This document shows positions 27,574-32,000 of a stretch of DNA of 32,000 bases, piece by piece. Each line of letters opens with the position of its first letter. Position 1 is the first letter of the stretch. The stretch covers positions 4,380,001 through 4,412,000 of the forward strand of contig NZ_LN831039.1 in the NCBI RefSeq assembly GCF_001457595.1, in the 5' to 3' direction. Source of the stretch: Mycolicibacterium smegmatis (GTDB lineage: Bacteria > Actinomycetota > Actinomycetes > Mycobacteriales > Mycobacteriaceae). The position numbers and the translations under genes were made by a program. Below the pieces are notes generated by a model that made no database searches, had not been told where the DNA came from, and saw only the letters and a program-made list of their open reading frames with translations.

Positions 27574-27714
27574 CTCGGTCCTCCTTAGCCTTCTCCGGCC
27601 CGTACGGGCCTGTCAGTGTGGTGTTGTTGTGCTGCTCATTGCGTGTTGCGCCCTATCGTCGCACGCCGGTCCCGATGAGGGGGTGTCCGGCGGGCAGTTC
27701 GCAGATCAAATCCG

Positions 27715-28290
27715 TCAATAGGCGGCGTCACAGCGGTCGAGGGCGGCGGTCCTCGCGGAGTTGGACCGGTCGGAGGCCGCGTTGAACACGTCCGGTGAGG
27801 CGTCGCCGGAAATGGCCGACGCCACCGCGCGCACCGCGTCGACCCATTCGGTCAGTGCGTCGCGCAGGTCGGCGGGCAACGTGTCGGAGATGCCCGAGGT
27901 GACCAGGTCGGCGCTGCGGTTGAGCGCGTCGACCGCGGGACCGGCCTTGGCCCTGACGTCGGGCGAATTGTTGTTGGCCGCCTCGATGTAGGTGTTGACG
28001 GCGTCGATGGCGTCCACCGATGACGTGCTCAGATCCTCACAGACGGTGTGGATGGCGCGTTTGGTCAGCGTGGCCTGGCGTTCGGACTCCCTCGCGGCCG
28101 AGGTCAGCGACGACGCCTCGATCGAGGCCGACACCGACGCGCGGTAGACGGGAGCCTCGGCGGGATCCACTTGTGCGGTACCGCCAGTCACGGTCGAACA
28201 TCCGACAACCACCATCGCGATGACGGCCGAACCGCCCAGCGCCACCCCCGCGACCCTGTGTGTCGCCCCAAACTGCCAACTCATCGGCAC
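27715..28290 (-). CDS. Putative lipoprotein, conserved hypothetical (Rv2240c-like by position)
   Basis: HRVAGVALGGSAVIAMVVVGCSTVTGG: hydrophobic stretch with lipobox-like VVVGC; acidic/polar mature domain. Confidence 0.75.
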   Translation of the reverse strand: MPMSWQFGATHRVAGVALGGSAVIAMVVVGCSTVTGGTAQVDPAEAPVYRASVSASIEASSLTSAARESERQATLTKRAIHTVCEDLSTSSVDAIDAVNTYIEAANNNSPDVRAKAGPAVDALNRSADLVTSGISDTLPADLRDALTEWVDAVRAVASAISGDASPDVFNAASDRSNSARTAALDRCDAAY

Positions 28291-28436
28291 GGTCTGCAGA
28301 CGTTACCGGTTCTTAGCCATCAGGACCGGTTCATTGCACCTTCCACCCCTGCAGAGCACATGCGGCACGATAGGGAGACGATATAGGTGCCACAAGCACC
28401 TGATCGATTAAGTGACCGCCTAACAAGGAGCGGAAG

Positions 28437-31226
<2,790 letters not shown>

Positions 31227-31241
31227 TCCGGCCACAGTGAG

Positions 31242-31270
31242 CAGCCACCGGCACACGCCGGTGGCTGTTT
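31242..31270 (+). terminator. Intrinsic-like terminator downstream of aceE
   Basis: CAGCCACCGGC - ACAC - GCCGGTGGCTG followed by TTTGC; perfect 11-bp GC-rich stem right after the aceE stop. Confidence 0.75.
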
Positions 31271-31321
31271 GCTTGCGGGCACTTGGAGGAATCCGCCAGA
31301 AAACAGGCGTAGGTTTTAGGA

Positions 31322-32000
31322 ATGCCCGACAATCGGTTCGTTCCGCCGAAGTCCACGGTCGAGGTGCTTGAGGCCGTGCCCGACTCGCTGCTGCGCCGGT
31401 TGAAGCAGTACTCGGGCCGGCTGGCCACCGAGGCCGTGCACGCCATGGAGCAGCGGTTGCCGTTCTTCGCCGAGCTCGACGCGTCGCAGCGCGCCAGCGT
31501 GCAGCTCGTGGTGCAGACCGCCGTCGTCAACTTCGTCGAGTGGATGCGCAACCCCGAGAGCAACGTGGGCTACACCGCGCAGGCGTTCGAGGTGGTGCCG
31601 CAGGATCTGCGGCGGCGTGTCGCACTGCGGCAGTCGGTGGAGATGGTGCGCACGTCCATGGAGTTCTTCGAGGAGGCCGTGCCGCTGCTGGCACGGTCCG
31701 AGGAACAGCTCACCGCCCTGACCGCGGGCATCCTGCGCTACAGCCGCGATCTGGCGTTCGCCGCGGCCAGCGCGTACGCCGATCAGGCCGAGGCCCGCGG
31801 CGCCTGGGACATCCGCATGGAGGCCAACATCGTCGACGCCGTGGTCCGCGGCGACACCGGCCCCGAACTGCAGTCACAGGCCGCCGCGCTCAACTGGGAC
31901 GCGACCGCGCCCGCGACGGTGATCGTGGGCCTGCCGCGCGCCGACCGGATCGAGATGGCGCGCGACGACGTGCACGCCGTCGTGCGCCGCAACGATCGCG
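31322..32000 (+). CDS. PucR-family transcriptional regulator, FasR-like (truncated by the window end)
   Basis: MPDNRFVPPKSTVEVLEAVPDSLLRRLKQYSGRLATEAVHAMEQRLPFFAELDASQRASVQLVVQTAVVNFVEWMRNP...; located downstream of aceE, as fasR is in mycobacteria. Confidence 0.8.
   Translation, partial: MPDNRFVPPKSTVEVLEAVPDSLLRRLKQYSGRLATEAVHAMEQRLPFFAELDASQRASVQLVVQTAVVNFVEWMRNPESNVGYTAQAFEVVPQDLRRRVALRQSVEMVRTSMEFFEEAVPLLARSEEQLTALTAGILRYSRDLAFAAASAYADQAEARGAWDIRMEANIVDAVVRGDTGPELQSQAAALNWDATAPATVIVGLPRADRIEMARDDVHAVVRRNDR

Overview
GC-rich actinobacterial chromosome. Gene content and order look mycobacterial (M. smegmatis-like): glnE - glnA2 - two tandem TAP-family serine proteases (Rv2223c/Hip1-like) - WS/DGAT | panB | echA - tetR - FAAL-like fadD | CYTH-CHAD protein | rnpB | oxidoreductase-methyltransferase fusion <> XRE-cupin regulator | rnhC - zinc ribbon - Nif3-like | ptkA - ptpA - SURF1 | cobD/cbiB | small ORF - VOC protein | secreted protein | ECF sigma - MGMT - 2OG-Fe(II) oxygenase | FNT transporter | tRNA-Val | ahpE - DUF3052 - lipoprotein | aceE | PucR/FasR-like regulator (truncated by the window end). 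Most of this is ordinary conserved chromosome. Four items deserve a second look: (1) a single ORF fusing a CPFC-containing thioredoxin-reductase-like (GliT/HlmI-like) flavoenzyme to a class I SAM methyltransferase, divergent from an XRE-cupin regulator whose start codon lies inside a perfect 11-bp inverted repeat; (2) a translationally coupled ECF sigma / O6-alkylguanine-DNA methyltransferase-like / 2OG-Fe(II) oxygenase operon, possibly a self-regulated alkylation-response unit; (3) two 64-bp hairpin-forming direct repeats (60/64 identical) flanking an FNT transporter gene next to tRNA-Val; (4) an orphan FAAL-like/TetR/enoyl-CoA-hydratase cluster. No CRISPR array, transposase or prophage was seen. 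All family names come from motif recognition by eye; no database search was run.
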